64,000 bases of DNA from the human T2T-CHM13v2.0 reference genome, Homo sapiens, in the NCBI RefSeq assembly GCF_009914755.1, contig NC_060926.1; one strand, written 5' to 3'. Below are positions 1 through 13,298 of the stretch, piece after piece (the first letter of the stretch is position 1; each line of letters begins with the position of its first letter). A program made the position numbers and the translations under genes. The notes beneath the pieces were generated by a model, which searched no databases, was not told where the DNA came from, and saw only the letters and a list, made by a program, of their open reading frames with translations.

Positions 1-123
1 ACTTGGGAGGCTGAAGCAGGAGAATGGCATGAACCTGGGAGGCAGAGCTTGCGGTGAGCAGACATTGTGCCACTGCACTCCAGCCTGGGCGACAGAGGGA
101 GACTCTGTCTCCAAAAAAAAAAA
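1..123 (+). mobile_element. Alu right arm, AluY-like, cut by the window edge
   Basis: gggaggctgaagcaggagaatggcatgaacc...gagcttgc...cactgcactccagcctgggcgacagag followed by poly(A). Confidence 0.95.
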
Positions 124-689
124 TCATGGGTACACTATGTATGAGAAGATTAAAAGAAACTCTGTACAGCATTAAAGATCTCTGTACTGCCTTAGAGATA
201 GATGGAAGTAAAATATCACCTTGAAAGGCATTAGGACAAAATAATAAATTTTCCAGAACTACTTCCCATTCATTTCATCTATTTAAAGATTCCTGCATTT
301 AAGTAAAATGTAAACTTTAAGACTATTTTATTCCTGTTGAAGAGCGGACTAAGAAAAAATCTTGGCTGTATGAATGAATACTCGTGATATGATTTTTCTT
401 TATGGCATGGTTGTAAAGAATGGTGATGGAAATTATTTTCCCTATGTATCAGCATTTTTTAAGCATCCAAGTAACTTAAAGTCAGCTCCATTGGAAAGAG
501 AAGAAATTTTGATACCTTAAACAGTTCGGAAAAAAAAGCAAAGCAAAAGGCAGAATGGTATTAATATTACATGTAAGTCCTCAGATGAACTATTAGTATA
601 TGCAAAATATTATCATGCTCATTTAGACACAGGTATGAACCCATTACAGAATAACTGTAGTTCCGAGAGAAAAGCTGGATGCATAAGGT

Positions 690-850
690 AAAGCTGAAAA
701 GGATCTTGGAAATCATTTTTGATAAATGCTTTTTTTTTTTGCACTTGAAGAAAAGAAAACCCAAAGATGGAAGGTGAAGATAAATTGCTCAAAGGACTAA
801 AATAGGAAAAATTAGAACTAGAACACAACTCTCCTCATTCTCGGGGTCCC
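690..850 (-). mobile_element. MIR/MIR3 fragment
   Basis: aaagctgaaaaggatcttggaaatcat...aattgctcaaagg...agaactagaacacaactctcct resembles antisense MIR. Confidence 0.5.
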
Positions 851-1143
851 ATGGTTTAAATTAAATGAGTACATATTCTGTGTGATATCCCATAGGTACT
901 TATAGGTTTGTTTTCATTTAACAGGGATGCTTGTACATTTTGACAAGTATTTTATAGGATTTAATTTGTTTTTACATGCTGCTGGGTGTTGAGTGCCAAC
1001 CAAATGATTCTTAAGGTTATTTTTGATTTTGCAAGTACTTGAACACTTACAAGTAAAAATGTGTGGTTAGAATATTAATGGCAACATTTACTAAAAAAGA
1101 CTGAAGCCTTTGTTTGAAACCTCCTATTGAAACAAATAGGTGA

Positions 1144-1495
<352 letters not shown>

Positions 1496-1999
1496 TCAAA
1501 ATTAGGTTCAAGGTCATACTTTGATCAAATGTATATCCTGATTACAAAGTACCTTTTTTCCCCATGAGTTTAAATTGATTTTTCAAGGGTATTTCAATGA
1601 TTTCTCAGTAATTTTTATTGTCTACAAGAATGTCTCAATAATCTTTCTAGCATGAGGAACATGACACTATCCAGGTTTACCCTGCTCTGAGCTGCATTAC
1701 ATTCCTGGAGTTGGAAGAAGAAAACTTCGAAGCCCAACTCATGCTTCCTGCTAGAGATTGCAGACCCCTTACATTGCATGTCATGCGTCTATAATTATGT
1801 ATAATTTAAATAGAAAATGAAGGCAATTCATAGAAACTCATCAGTGACTAAAGTTGAACGAACAAATCAATCAATGGACCAAGGCAGAATGGATAAAGTA
1901 CAACTGTTTTATGCACTGTAGAATGAGTAGGTTGAATGAGATTAAAAATGTAAAAGGTAAATTTATAAAATAAACATTTTAGGGGTAGCTATGTCAGTT

Positions 2000-2168
2000 A
2001 CTGTACACATGTAATCTCACTTAATCTTCACAACAGCCCTTTTGCAGATGAGAAATGGAGACTTAGAAACTTACCTATCACTGGGTCACATGGCTGGAAG
2101 GTTGTAGCACATGTATTCACCACTATTTCCTATCAGAAGCCCATGCTCTTCCTATTAAACCACACAGC
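2000..2168 (-). mobile_element. MIR
   Basis: atctcacttaatcttcacaacagccc...tttgcagatgagaaa...agcccatgctctt. Confidence 0.75.
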
Positions 2169-2349
2169 AAATGTGTGCTCTACGAAGAGACTACTTGGAT
2201 ACAACACTGTCAGTAATAAACTCTATTAACAAAGGGCAAAATCAAATGGAGGTTTGGGGCTCTGGAACATATTCATAGGGTTCTATAAATTATATTACTC
2301 TAGATGTGCTTTGCATACTAGTTTTAGCTTACTTCTTTTTTCTGGTTGC

Positions 2350-2897
2350 ATTGGTGATTACTAGCTCATTGCCAATGACAGGAAACCCAGCTCCAATGGG
2401 CTTAAACCAAACAAGGTTCACGTATCTGTAAAACCCAAGGGCACCTGCCTTTAGGCCTACGTAAATTAAGGGACTCAGACAATCTGAGAGAACCTAAATT
2501 TTTCTCATTTGTCTCTTCTGCATTTCTCTTAATGATTGTGTTTGGAGGAACTTCTTAGTGACATGATGGCTGGCAGCAGGTACAGGCTTTCTTCCTCATA
2601 TGGCTATATCTAGTAGGGAAAAGGGAAAGGGATAGATCTTTTTTTCTAAAATAAGTATTGGGTATGACTCACATTGGCTTGAATTGAGAATAAACAGATT
2701 CCTGCAGCAATGCCCCTAACCAGAAGGATGTGATACACAGCCAGGCTGAAGCCACATTTCCATTCCTGAAGAAGGAGATAGATATCATTAGAGTCACAAG
2801 ATAGTGAAAGCGAGTGGCTCCCCAAGGAAAATAAATACTATATTCAGAAGAAAAGGATAATGTTTGCTAAGTGTCAAAACTACAACATTTTTCACTA
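2350..2897 (-). mobile_element. ERVL-MaLR solo LTR, MLT1K-like
   Basis: ttgccaatgacaggaaacccagctccaatgggcttaa...gatggctggcagcag...gactcacattggctt. Confidence 0.6.
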
Positions 2898-3799
2898 GAG
2901 TCTAGAATTAGGAAGAAAGTAGAAATATCATAGAAATATTTTTTTAAAATGTGTGTGCACATGTACCAAAATGATAGACATTTGCCAATAAGTGACAAAT
3001 ACATAATGGATCATTTAAAACCAAGTAACTTTTTGATATAAAATTTATCATAGTCATGCTTCTGAATGTTCAACTCATACATGATAAGAACCACCTTTGA
3101 ATACAAGAAATCTTGATACAGAGCATTACCCAATGTCAGGCAACAGGTTAAAGTAGACCTAGAGCACAAGTTCTATATCCAATAGATTGGCATACCATGT
3201 CACCATGGTGATGATATTGCCATTGGCACCATTCTGGGCTGGCCTCACCAGGTTGCTGTGGAAATGAAATTCTTTGGTACTTTTAGAAAATTTGTTTAGA
3301 AATTAGAGCCAACAAGTCTATCATACAAGTCATTGAGCATTATATTCACCATGGGTCCTGATGGCAGGCTTGTCATTTCAGTGTGAAAATATATGTGTAA
3401 CACACCATAATTAGGCATCTACTTGGGTTCTCTAACCAAAGTGATATGTCTCATATGTAATCACCATTTTTGAATGATAAAGCCATTTCTTTTCCTCCAA
3501 CAATAGCTTAAAGATATTATATATTGAAATCACTTTCCAGAAATGTCTGTTTAGAATTATTTTTGTGAACAGTTTAATGAAACTTCCTACCACCCAATAG
3601 TCAAAAGTAAGCAAAAGCAAATATTAAATGAAAAGTCTGGAATAGTCCTAAGATTATTTGAAAGTAAGCAAATTGCTCACAATAAAAGCTGAGTACATTT
3701 CAATCACATCCTAATGAATAATGACCAAGAAGGTGATCATAATGATAATCATTAATACATACCTATTGTGTCAAAAATGTGTTTGACCTCTTCTATGTA

Positions 3800-4190
3800 T
3801 TAATTCTGTATTAAAGTTAACTTGCTGTAACAGATAAACCCCCAATTTTCAGTGGTTGAAGGCAATAGTAGTTTATTATTGCTCATATAAAGGCCTAAAT
3901 AGGTGTTTCTTATTGGTGGCTGGCTCGCTTCCAAGTTAAGTTTCAAAGACCCAGCTCCCATGCCTGAAGAGTTTACCACATTGAAGTTGAGATATCCAAG
4001 TCTTCTTACTCATCAAGCCTAAGTGAGAAAAGCATGGAGGACAGTCTATGGGAGATCTTTAATGGACCAGGTCTGGAAGTGAGACATTTCATCTCCACTC
4101 AAAATCACATGGTCACATCTAATTGTGAAGGAGGCAAGGAATTGGGATCTCACTGTATGTCCAGTTTTGGGGAAGGCATATAGCTAATTT
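3800..4190 (-). mobile_element. ERVL-MaLR solo LTR, MLT1J-like
   Basis: gctgtaacagataaacccccaattttcagtgg...ctggaagtg...tcacatggtcacatctaattg. Confidence 0.65.
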
Positions 4191-4790
4191 ACCCAAACCC
4201 AGACAGGTTTTACACTTACAACAACTTTAATTCCAAGATGGCTTCTTATGTTATATCTCGGTGCTCTCAGGTACAGCGCAACTTCCTGATTTAAAAAAAA
4301 AAAAAAGACACTCTAACCAACATGTGTAATAAAAATGTTTTATAGGGGAACATATTGCTCAAATAAAAAATATTCAGAACATCTTTTAGCAGAGGGCCAA
4401 TCTGTGTCTATGGACATATGCAAAGTTAAATGGTCATCTTGGTCTCATTAGCACATGTGTTAAGTGAGCTAATTGATTACAAACAAGTTCCCTTATACTG
4501 TGAAGAAAGACCTTAATCATAGCAGACACTTCTTAAAGATGTCATGGCAGTCTTACGATTTTATCCATGAAAGAAAGGAAAGTCTACAGGTTAAAGAAGA
4601 GCAGATTGCTAAATTATTGCACCCTGATTTCCAATAAAATTATTTTTATTACCATCTGCACTGCAGCATTGAAAAAAAAAGGAAGAAAATATCTTACTGT
4701 TTACATTGAAGGCATGTTATTTTTCTTCACTTTTTAAGAGAAGAGTCTATGTCACACATAAAAGCTTACCAAAGTTATCCTGAAAGCAAA

Positions 4791-4985
4791 GAGGCAGCAT
4801 GGCATAATAGGATATGGCTTTAGAGGACTGAGGGTCAATCCATTCACAGTGTGACCTTGAGCAAGTCACTTCATCTATCTCGGGCTCAGTTTTCTCATTT
4901 GCCAAGTGAAGTCAATGAGACTTTCTCTGCCTGCCTCCCAGGTCTGTTGTGAGAGTTACGTGTGTGTGCAAGTATTTTGTCCAAT
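4791..4985 (+). mobile_element. MIR
   Basis: gtgtgaccttgagcaagtcactt...ctcagttttctcattt core. Confidence 0.8.
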
Positions 4986-5169
4986 ATTTATTACAGAAAG
5001 AAAAAAATGCATATTTGTAGAGAAATATGACAACATTTGAGGGGAAAAATACTTACTATTATTGCATAAGTACGCCTTTCATTTTGTTCCCTGATCTCTC
5101 TTTTTCAAAACCACGAAGGCCATTGTATAATATAATGAAGTGGCTTTGAGCAGGGCCTGTGGCAATAGA

Positions 5170-5360
5170 GAGACTAGCTCTCCAATGCTACTTTTGTGAC
5201 CTTGAACCAGCTCTTTATTTTCCCAGCAACTTAGACTCTCCACGTGAATTGGGGAAAACAACATGTTCCTAATAAATTAGGAAGATTAAATGAGATAGCA
5301 TATGTAAAATGCTCCACATAGTTGCCGGCACATAATAAATCCTGGCAATGTATTGTGTCT
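5170..5360 (+). mobile_element. MIR
   Basis: tgtgaccttg...gaagattaaatgagatagcatatgtaaaatgct...ggcacataataaat. Confidence 0.75.
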
Positions 5361-5758
5361 GTTATCAGGGAAGGGTTTTTGATGCTAGGCCTTGCTTCTC
5401 CCAGCTTCCCAGTCTGCTCAGTTTTCTGTGGTTATCCAAAAAGTAATACCAACCTGGACAGGAATCTTTGGTTCCTTGTGGAAATGAAGGATTTCAGAGA
5501 GAATTAGGAATCTGGTTTGGGACAACTGTTATCTCTGGCACATAGTGGTCTCACCAAGGCCCCTGACTTGATGCGAATTGTTTGTAACTACTCAGCACGC
5601 TACTTTCCTGACCTCCAGAGCCCTTCTTTTGAAAGCTTTACATTGTAGATGTAAAAGAAATTCTTTGTTGTACCTCAACGGGACATTAAAAAGAAAATAT
5701 ATGTTGAGAAGTTTCTTCATGATGTTATAGAATTGTAGCATTTTATGCCCAAATGGAC

Positions 5759-6335
5759 CAGGGATGACAAATTCAAATGCTAGATGGGCTGGGCAAGGAA
5801 CAAAGGTAAGTGAAGTAGGGCTTGTATTATTTGAACATGGATGCATTTGTTAGCAAATTCAAACCAAAACATGCTTGTTAGTAAACTAAAACCAAAGGGA
5901 TATGTAAAAAAAAAAGAAAGAAATGTGCTCTTGTCATTTATTTTTGAAACGTGTATGTTTCAAAATATTTATTTTTGCTCATTTTGGAAAGAAACATAGG
6001 CACTGAAAAATATACCCATATTATTTTTAAAATAAGCAAAGGTAATGTAACTAGCATTTAGTCCCAATGTTGGGGAGAGATTATGGTGAAGACTATGACA
6101 AATGAAATAGAAGACATGACATCTGCAATGGAGGCACCATTCTGCTCTGGTCAATGGTTGTCATGTAAGAATGTGAAACTGATATTAAGTCTCCCAATTT
6201 TTGAACAGAAACCGGAAATCTGATTTTTAAGTGAAATCTCCCTATTTTTAAATGTTGGCTCAAAAAAAAAAAAATGTAAAACATGTCAACAAAAATGTTG
6301 ACCTGTAGGTCAAATGTGGCTTTCTCATTGCTGAC
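5759..6335. mobile_element. hAT-Charlie DNA transposon fossil, MER102-like, with extra AT-rich internal sequence
   Basis: cagggatgacaaattcaaatgc start; agaaaccggaaatctgatttttaagtgaaatctcc...tttttaaatgttggctc near end. Confidence 0.55.
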
Positions 6336-6344
6336 AATTACATG

Positions 6345-6455
6345 AATCCCCTGTTGCAGAAGTAACTGATTGCAAAGGAACTAAATGATCCATGCCCAAG
6401 GTCACATTGATATTGTCAAAGCCAAAAGTTGAATGTGGATGTCCTGGGCCCCAGC
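6345..6455 (-). mobile_element. MIR fragment
   Basis: tgcccaaggtcaca motif. Confidence 0.55.
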
Positions 6456-7277
6456 CTGGGAAAATCAGTCTGTCTTCTCACATGCAAAGCAGCCGCAAAA
6501 CAATTGATGAAATAGAATACGTGAAAATAGAATAAAGCAGTTAAATAAATGTGTTATTATTTCTGCCCTTCTTTTGTCTCAAGAGACTTCTCCATTTTCT
6601 CATGTGTTATCCAGGACATGAGGCCTCCTTTCTCTCTTTGATTGTGTGATAATAATTTTCACACTCACAGGAAGTAATCTTCTGCTCAATAGGTACCATC
6701 TTTCTAGAGTTAAGGAAATATACCACAGCCAATATGCAAAAGGAGCACAAGAAGCACATATTGCATTATTGAAATCAATATTTCAATGATATATATTCAT
6801 AACCAAATCATGCACATTCCAATTGATAGTTTATATAGTTTTTAATACTCAGTATGAGGCTTATGGACCACATATTGACATACTGGTCAAAATGCTAGTT
6901 TTCATATAGTAATAGTATAGTAATTGCAGAAATATTCATTGGGTTACAGAGCAGAGTATCAAATGTCAAGTACAAATGACAATGATTGTGGGGGTTGGGG
7001 GGCATATTAAATCTAACTTACCCGGCTTTCCATACTCTGATGTACCACAGGCTTAAACTAAAAAGATTACTTGTAGTTACCTAGTGAGCTAATGCCACCC
7101 AACCCAAAATCTGTATGACAGCAGGTGCTGAATATCAAATTATTAGGTAGTGTGGAAACAGTGATTAAAACCTGAAGCTGGCCTCATTACATCCATAATT
7201 AGATTTATTCAGTGAATTTTGAACAGAAATCCTATTTTTGCCTGACTTTCTCATGAGCATACACACCACTTACTCTC

Positions 7278-7315
7278 TGTTTTCCCTTTCTCTCTCTCTC
7301 CTCTCTCTCCCTTTT
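7278..7315. repeat. CT-rich polypyrimidine tract
   Basis: ttttccctttctctctctctcctctctctccctttt. Confidence 0.8.
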
Positions 7316-8089
7316 AAGATATTGAAGTATTTTGGTATTTCATCTACTTATTAATACTGTGGAAACTCAGGAAGAAAAGCTGAACTTCAAACATTTATTT
7401 TGCCAATTTGCGGTGTAGCTGATGCTGAGGTGTTCTTTCCACATCCAAGAGCATTGATTAACTTCTCTTAAGCATCGGAGCCCCTTTTAGAACCCTACAC
7501 TCAGGAAACTAACTTTTATGTTGTGATAAAAGCAAAGGTTCTGAAGAGGAAAAAAAGGAAAGAAAAGGGTTGCCACTGTTAATTTATTTTCCATTTGCTA
7601 AAGCTACGTGACACCTCCAGCTAGTACTAGCTCTTCAGGAAAACTGAAGCATCAGGCATATATATGTTAGGTGAAAAGGGACAGAGCTCAATTAGTCAGA
7701 AAATGCCATTCATGTGAACACTTCACTCCCTGATAGGGCTGTGAGCTGAGTTCTTACTATCCTATAGCAATGTTGGGAAATTCCCCAAGCAATGGAAGGA
7801 GCCAGGATGTTCCCTCCTTCAACCCATCATTTCTCTGGGAGCCATAGCTGTGCATTCACATTGCAGGCAAACCTTGAGAAATATGCAGAGGTTGTCCTTG
7901 GTTCAACTCAAATAGGACTTATATCTCTGGTACGAATCTGTGGTAGGAGATTTACAACCCCCTCCTGATTTATAAGAGTGTCTTTTTTGTTCCTATGACC
8001 ACAACCTCTGGAAAAAGTCCAGTCCTGCCTAATTTCATCACCATCCCTGGAACCTAACAAAAATGACAGCAGTTTGGGAGTGCGTAGAG

Positions 8090-8262
8090 CACTTACTGCT
8101 TTACCAAGGAGCTTAATCCTCAGAACTGTGATTATTATTCCCATTTTATAGCTGAAGACACAATAGACTTAAAATATTATACCTCTTGCCTAACATCATA
8201 TAACTAGTAAATGATGTAGCAGAATTTGAACCTAGTCAGGCTCTTAATTCCTGTGTTATGCT
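8090..8262 (-). mobile_element. MIR
   Basis: ttaatcctca...ttattattcccattttatagctgaaga...agaatttgaaccta. Confidence 0.75.
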
Positions 8263-8750
8263 GAATATATTATACAATTGAAGTCTTCATCTTTCTTTGA
8301 GTTTCACTCATTGTTAGATAATGCTATTACAATATTAAGAGAATTCTTTTGAAGGAAAAACAGCTGTTTTAAAATGTCACTTTCGTTCTGACGGTTTCTG
8401 TATGTCGTAAGTTGTTTATCACAGCTAACAGAGATTATGAAAAAAAACTTTCTTTTTGATTTTTCTCTTCTGTTAAAACTTCTTTGGTGGAAGTTCTTCC
8501 CCAGCTCTTAGATGAAAACTCAGACAGGCCTTTGGGCACTTTAAGTCACAAACATAGTCTCAACTCATTAATTAGAATGTCTCATCGAAGGTATTAATAA
8601 AAATTCCAAACCTGATTTAATGTCAAATTTCTCCTCCAGCTTCAGTCTGGCAGCCAGGAACAGGTGAGAAGGTGTGGTCTTATTCCTTTAATTTCATCCT
8701 ATTAAATTGTGTTTGTTTTTAGGTTTTATTATTTTAAAAAATAATATCTG

Positions 8751-9131
<381 letters not shown>

Positions 9132-10038
9132 CTACCACACTGCAGCTTCCATGCGTGTCCTCACCCTCCAGGTAACACTTCTAGGCAGGATCCAAAACAA
9201 CCTCAAACTGGATCCCTCTGTCGCATAGCCCACAGCTGTGCCTTAAATACTCAATCCCCTCTTGCCTTGAGGAACACCCCAAAGCAGCAGCTGTCGTGGT
9301 TCTGCCACAGAAAGAGCCCATCTGCCATTTACTTGCCCTCATTATTTCCCCTGTCCCTAGTCCCTAGGCTGCCTTACCTTTCCCAGGTAGAGGCCAGCTA
9401 CCATTCTGCTCTGCTTCCCAGATGCAGGAAAACATATTTCAAAGCTCTCACTTCTGCCGCCTCATTAGGCTTGGGATTAGGAACTCATACTGCCACACAT
9501 TCCTCTCCAAAGTGAGACATGAGGGTTCAGGCAGAACAGCTATTTCCTCAAAAGTCTCTTCAGCGATGCCCCCTCCTCACTCTCACACACATTCTGACCC
9601 CCTCTAATAACTTTGATCTTGCAGAGGACCCCAAGGATCATGGGAGAGGTCACTCCCTTTGTAAATTCTCCACATGGGTGAGATCATCTCAAACTAATTT
9701 TGTTACCATGATATCATGTCATTTATAAATGATGAAGCAAACTTCCCATCCTAATATCTTTTACAGGTATATTCATGGTAAATGGACAATCCTTTCCATA
9801 AAAATATCTTATTTTTTGATAGTCATAGTGTTTATCTTTTTAATGACCACAAAATTTTTACTTCATTTATTCTCCCTATTTATCTATTTGTGCCCTGTTG
9901 TTGGACTTTTGGACTATAAAACTTTGAATTTTTATCTCTTTTTGTACCCATCAAAAAGAAGCAATCAAAATATAAAATCTACTAACAGGTCCACTTTCTC
10001 AAGGAATTGACTGTTCCTAAATTTTTAAAAATAATCTG

Positions 10039-10320
10039 AACCAGGCATGGTAGCTTACGCCTGTTATCCCAGCAGTTTGGGAGGCTGAGGCAGGCGGATC
10101 ACCTGAGGTCAGGCGTTCAAGACCAGCCTGGCCAACATGATGAAACCCCATCTCTACTAAAAATATAAAAATTAGCTGGGTATGGTGGCGGGTGCCTGTA
10201 ATCCCAGCTATTCAGGAGGCTGAGGTAGGAGAATCGCTTGAATCCGCAGTGAGCTGAGATCGTGCCATTGCCCTCCAGCCTGAGCAAGAAGAGTGAGACT
10301 CTGTCTCAAAATAATAATAA
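10039..10320 (+). mobile_element. AluS with an internal deletion in the right arm
   Basis: Both arms; cttgaatcc joined directly to gcagtgag; TSD aataatctg. Confidence 0.95.
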
Positions 10321-10389
10321 TCTGGATATAGAGCAAGAAGAAAGAACATTCAATCTAATAAGATTGTATTAGTTTTTAATACTTCACTG

Positions 10390-10730
10390 CACTTGGCCCT
10401 CTCTATCTGTGGTTCCGCATCCATGGATTCAACCAATGATGATTGAAAATGTAGTTAATCCTAGGATGGTTGTGTCATTAATGAACATGTACAGACTTTT
10501 TTCTTGTAATTACTTTCTAAATAATGTAGTATAACAACTACTTACACAGAATTTACGTTGTATTACATATTATAAGTAATATAGAGATTATTTAAAGTAT
10601 ATGGGAGGATGTGAGTAGGCTATATGCAAATATTACGTATACCATTTCACATAAGCACTTGAGCATCTGCAGATTTTTATATCCTTGGGGATTCTGGAAC
10701 TAATGCCCTGTGTATACTAAAGGGCAAATG
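10390..10730 (-). mobile_element. MER2 (TcMar-Tigger MITE)
   Basis: gcatccatggattcaacca...tatgggaggatgtgagtaggctatatgcaaat...cttgagcatctgcagatttt. Confidence 0.85.
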
Positions 10731-10999
10731 AATTTTTAAAAAATTCTTACTAATTCCTGATATTGTATGGTAATAAAAGAGATAATGTGAATTAACAAAA
10801 CTAGAAAAAACCTAAAGTCCCAGATGTTTGTGATATGTTTTAAAGTTATGGTTGACTAAAAGCAAAGATGATTAAGTTTCCATGTCTGCATGATATTGGA
10901 AGATGAATGGACAATTACTTGATATGGATTCAATACATTCAGAATGGCTCTCTAATTGTAAAATGAAAGGAGATATGTTAGCATTCAGGTTCATCTGCG

Positions 11000-11472
11000 A
11001 ATATTAGAAAAGCCCAAAGAATCACGCTCAGTTTAGAAATATCTATCTCTTGCACATTCAAGAAATCTAGAATAAATCAGTCCAGGGCTAGTGTAGCACT
11101 TCTTGGTGTCAGGGACCCAGGCTCCTTTCATCTTATTAGTCCACTAGACATGGTTTTCATTCTGGGGATAACTTCATGATCCAAGATGGCTACTGGAACA
11201 TGAGTTATTACATCTGCACTCCAAGCTCCAGGAAGGAGCTTGGAAAATAGGCACACTCCCTTCCTTAAAGTACATCCCATTTGTCTACATCCCCCTGGAC
11301 AGAAATCAGTCCCATGACCACACCTAACAGAATAAAAGGCTGAAAAAGTCTTCTTTATTCAGAGGTCCATATGCCAAGCCAAAAAAAAAAAAAAAAAAAA
11401 AAAAAGGTAGATGTATTTCTGATGAAGAAAGAAAGAATGGATTTTGGAGGACAACTAGTAATCTCTGCTGCA
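11000..11472 (-). mobile_element. MLT1J-like solo LTR containing an A25 run (11381-11405)
   Basis: cagtccagggct...cagggacccaggctcctttcatctt...ccaagatggctactgg...acaactagtaatctctgc. Confidence 0.7.
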
Positions 11473-11601
11473 AAAGATGAAGTGATTTGTTTACTATTAT
11501 AACCTAAAGCCAAACTGAGCTAAAGTACTGAGCTAAGTGGGAAGAAGACTGTAGGGGCAGAGAAATGCAAACCTCCAAAGAAAAAAAATCAGCTTAGAAA
11601 A

Positions 11602-12140
11602 TGGCAATAGGGATTCACCATAATAACACCAATGTCCTTCTCTGTCTACCTCCCTTTTCAATGTGACTCTGCTTTTCCCATTAAACAGAGGTGGAGTCGA
11701 TTTCTCCACTCCCCAAAACTGGGCTGGCTATGAATTGCTTTGACAAATAGATTGCAGCAGAAATGATGTTGGGAGGCTTCTGAGGCTAAGCCTTAACAGA
11801 TCTTACAGCTTCTGTTTTCATCATCTTGCAACACTCCTACCATTATGTAAGGAAGTCCAGGCTAGACTACTGAATTATGAGAGACTATGTGGAGAAAAAG
11901 GCTCAGCTGACAGCTAGGACTGGGATCTCAGACTCGTGAATGAGGCTATTTTTAGATGTTCTTGAAATCTGAGCTCTTTAGGTCTGAGCTGACAGCTGAC
12001 TGAAGCCTTGTGAGTGAGCTCAAAAAAGACCAAAAGAATAACTGTCCAGTCAACCCCCAGAACTATGAGAAAGAACTAATCATTGTTGTTTAAACCCAGC
12101 AAGATTTGGTGTGGTTATACAGCAATACACAACTGATACA
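11602..12140 (+). mobile_element. MLT1G/H-like solo LTR
   Basis: gaggtggagtc...gctttgacaaatag...ttgttgtttaaacc...cagcaatacacaactgataca end. Confidence 0.75.
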
Positions 12141-12963
12141 TGGATATATTTTTAAGTAACCACAAATAATAGTTTGACATCTGATGTACCTAAAGATGCT
12201 GGTTTTTAAATTTTACACAAATTCTATAGTCCTGATGTTAAGCTGCATTACAAATACTGAAATATTGACTTACATTCTAATTTTGTAATATGATAGCATT
12301 GATCCCATCAAGTTTGCTCTTTTGAAGACATCACAAATACTTTATTGTATTCTTGAAAATAAAAATAACAGAAAGGTTTGTGTTCATTTAAGATGCCACT
12401 TCCCAGATACTGGTGCCTAGTATAATTTTGTAAATGTTCTTAGTTAACAGGGGAAAAGAAATGTTCAATACAAGGAAGACAATGCAATTAACGGAGAAAA
12501 TAAAATATTGCTCAAAGCAAACCAACCCCTGATTTTAAAGCACATATTCCACTAAGGCAGACAGTATCATGATCTGGGATACTGATGATTGAAACATTGG
12601 CAAAAATATACGAAAATAAATGCAGCCACACTAAACATGGCAGAATAACTAAAATGAACAGTCGCAATAGGTCTAAAAACCAAATAGGAGTCTATGTACT
12701 CACAACCTTAAGAAAAGTGTTATTTGCCATAGGCCTTCATGCTCTTCGGTGCTCACCAATAGCATCTGATAGTATGCAGAAAAAAGATTTTTAATAATTC
12801 TAATGTGGATAAAGAAAATGTAAAGCAACAAGCTTCCTCCTAAAACACGCTACTCAATTCCTCCTCCCTCATAATGCCTTCTTGAGCCTGTGAACCATCC
12901 TTTCCATTACTGACCCCAGTACCAGCATGGAGAAAATTTTTTCTGTCTCTCCAAACTGGTAAA

Positions 12964-13113
12964 ATATATATATACACATACACACATATATACGTGTATG
13001 TATGTATGTATGTATATATATGTGTGTATGTATATGTGTGTATCTATATATATACACACACACACACACATATATATATATATCTCTCCAAACTGGTAAA
13101 CAAATATATATAT
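12964..13113. repeat. Compound (TA)n/(CA)n/(TATG)n microsatellite
   Basis: Read directly from the sequence. Confidence 0.9.
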
Positions 13114-13196
13114 TTACCAGTTTGAAGAGAGAGAAAAAAATTTAATATTAAAAGTTAATAAATAAATATATATATATATATTTTTTTTTCTTTAAT

Positions 13197-13298
13197 GGCC
13201 AGGCACTGTGGTATAACACCTATAATCCCAGCTACTTGGGAGGCTGTTTAGCCTGGGCAACACAGTGAAACTGCATCTCAAAAAAATAATAATAATAA
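13197..13298 (+). mobile_element. Short, internally deleted Alu monomer
   Basis: ggccaggcac...taatcccagctacttgggaggctg joined to agcctgggcaacacagtgaaact, then A/AAT tail. Confidence 0.8.
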
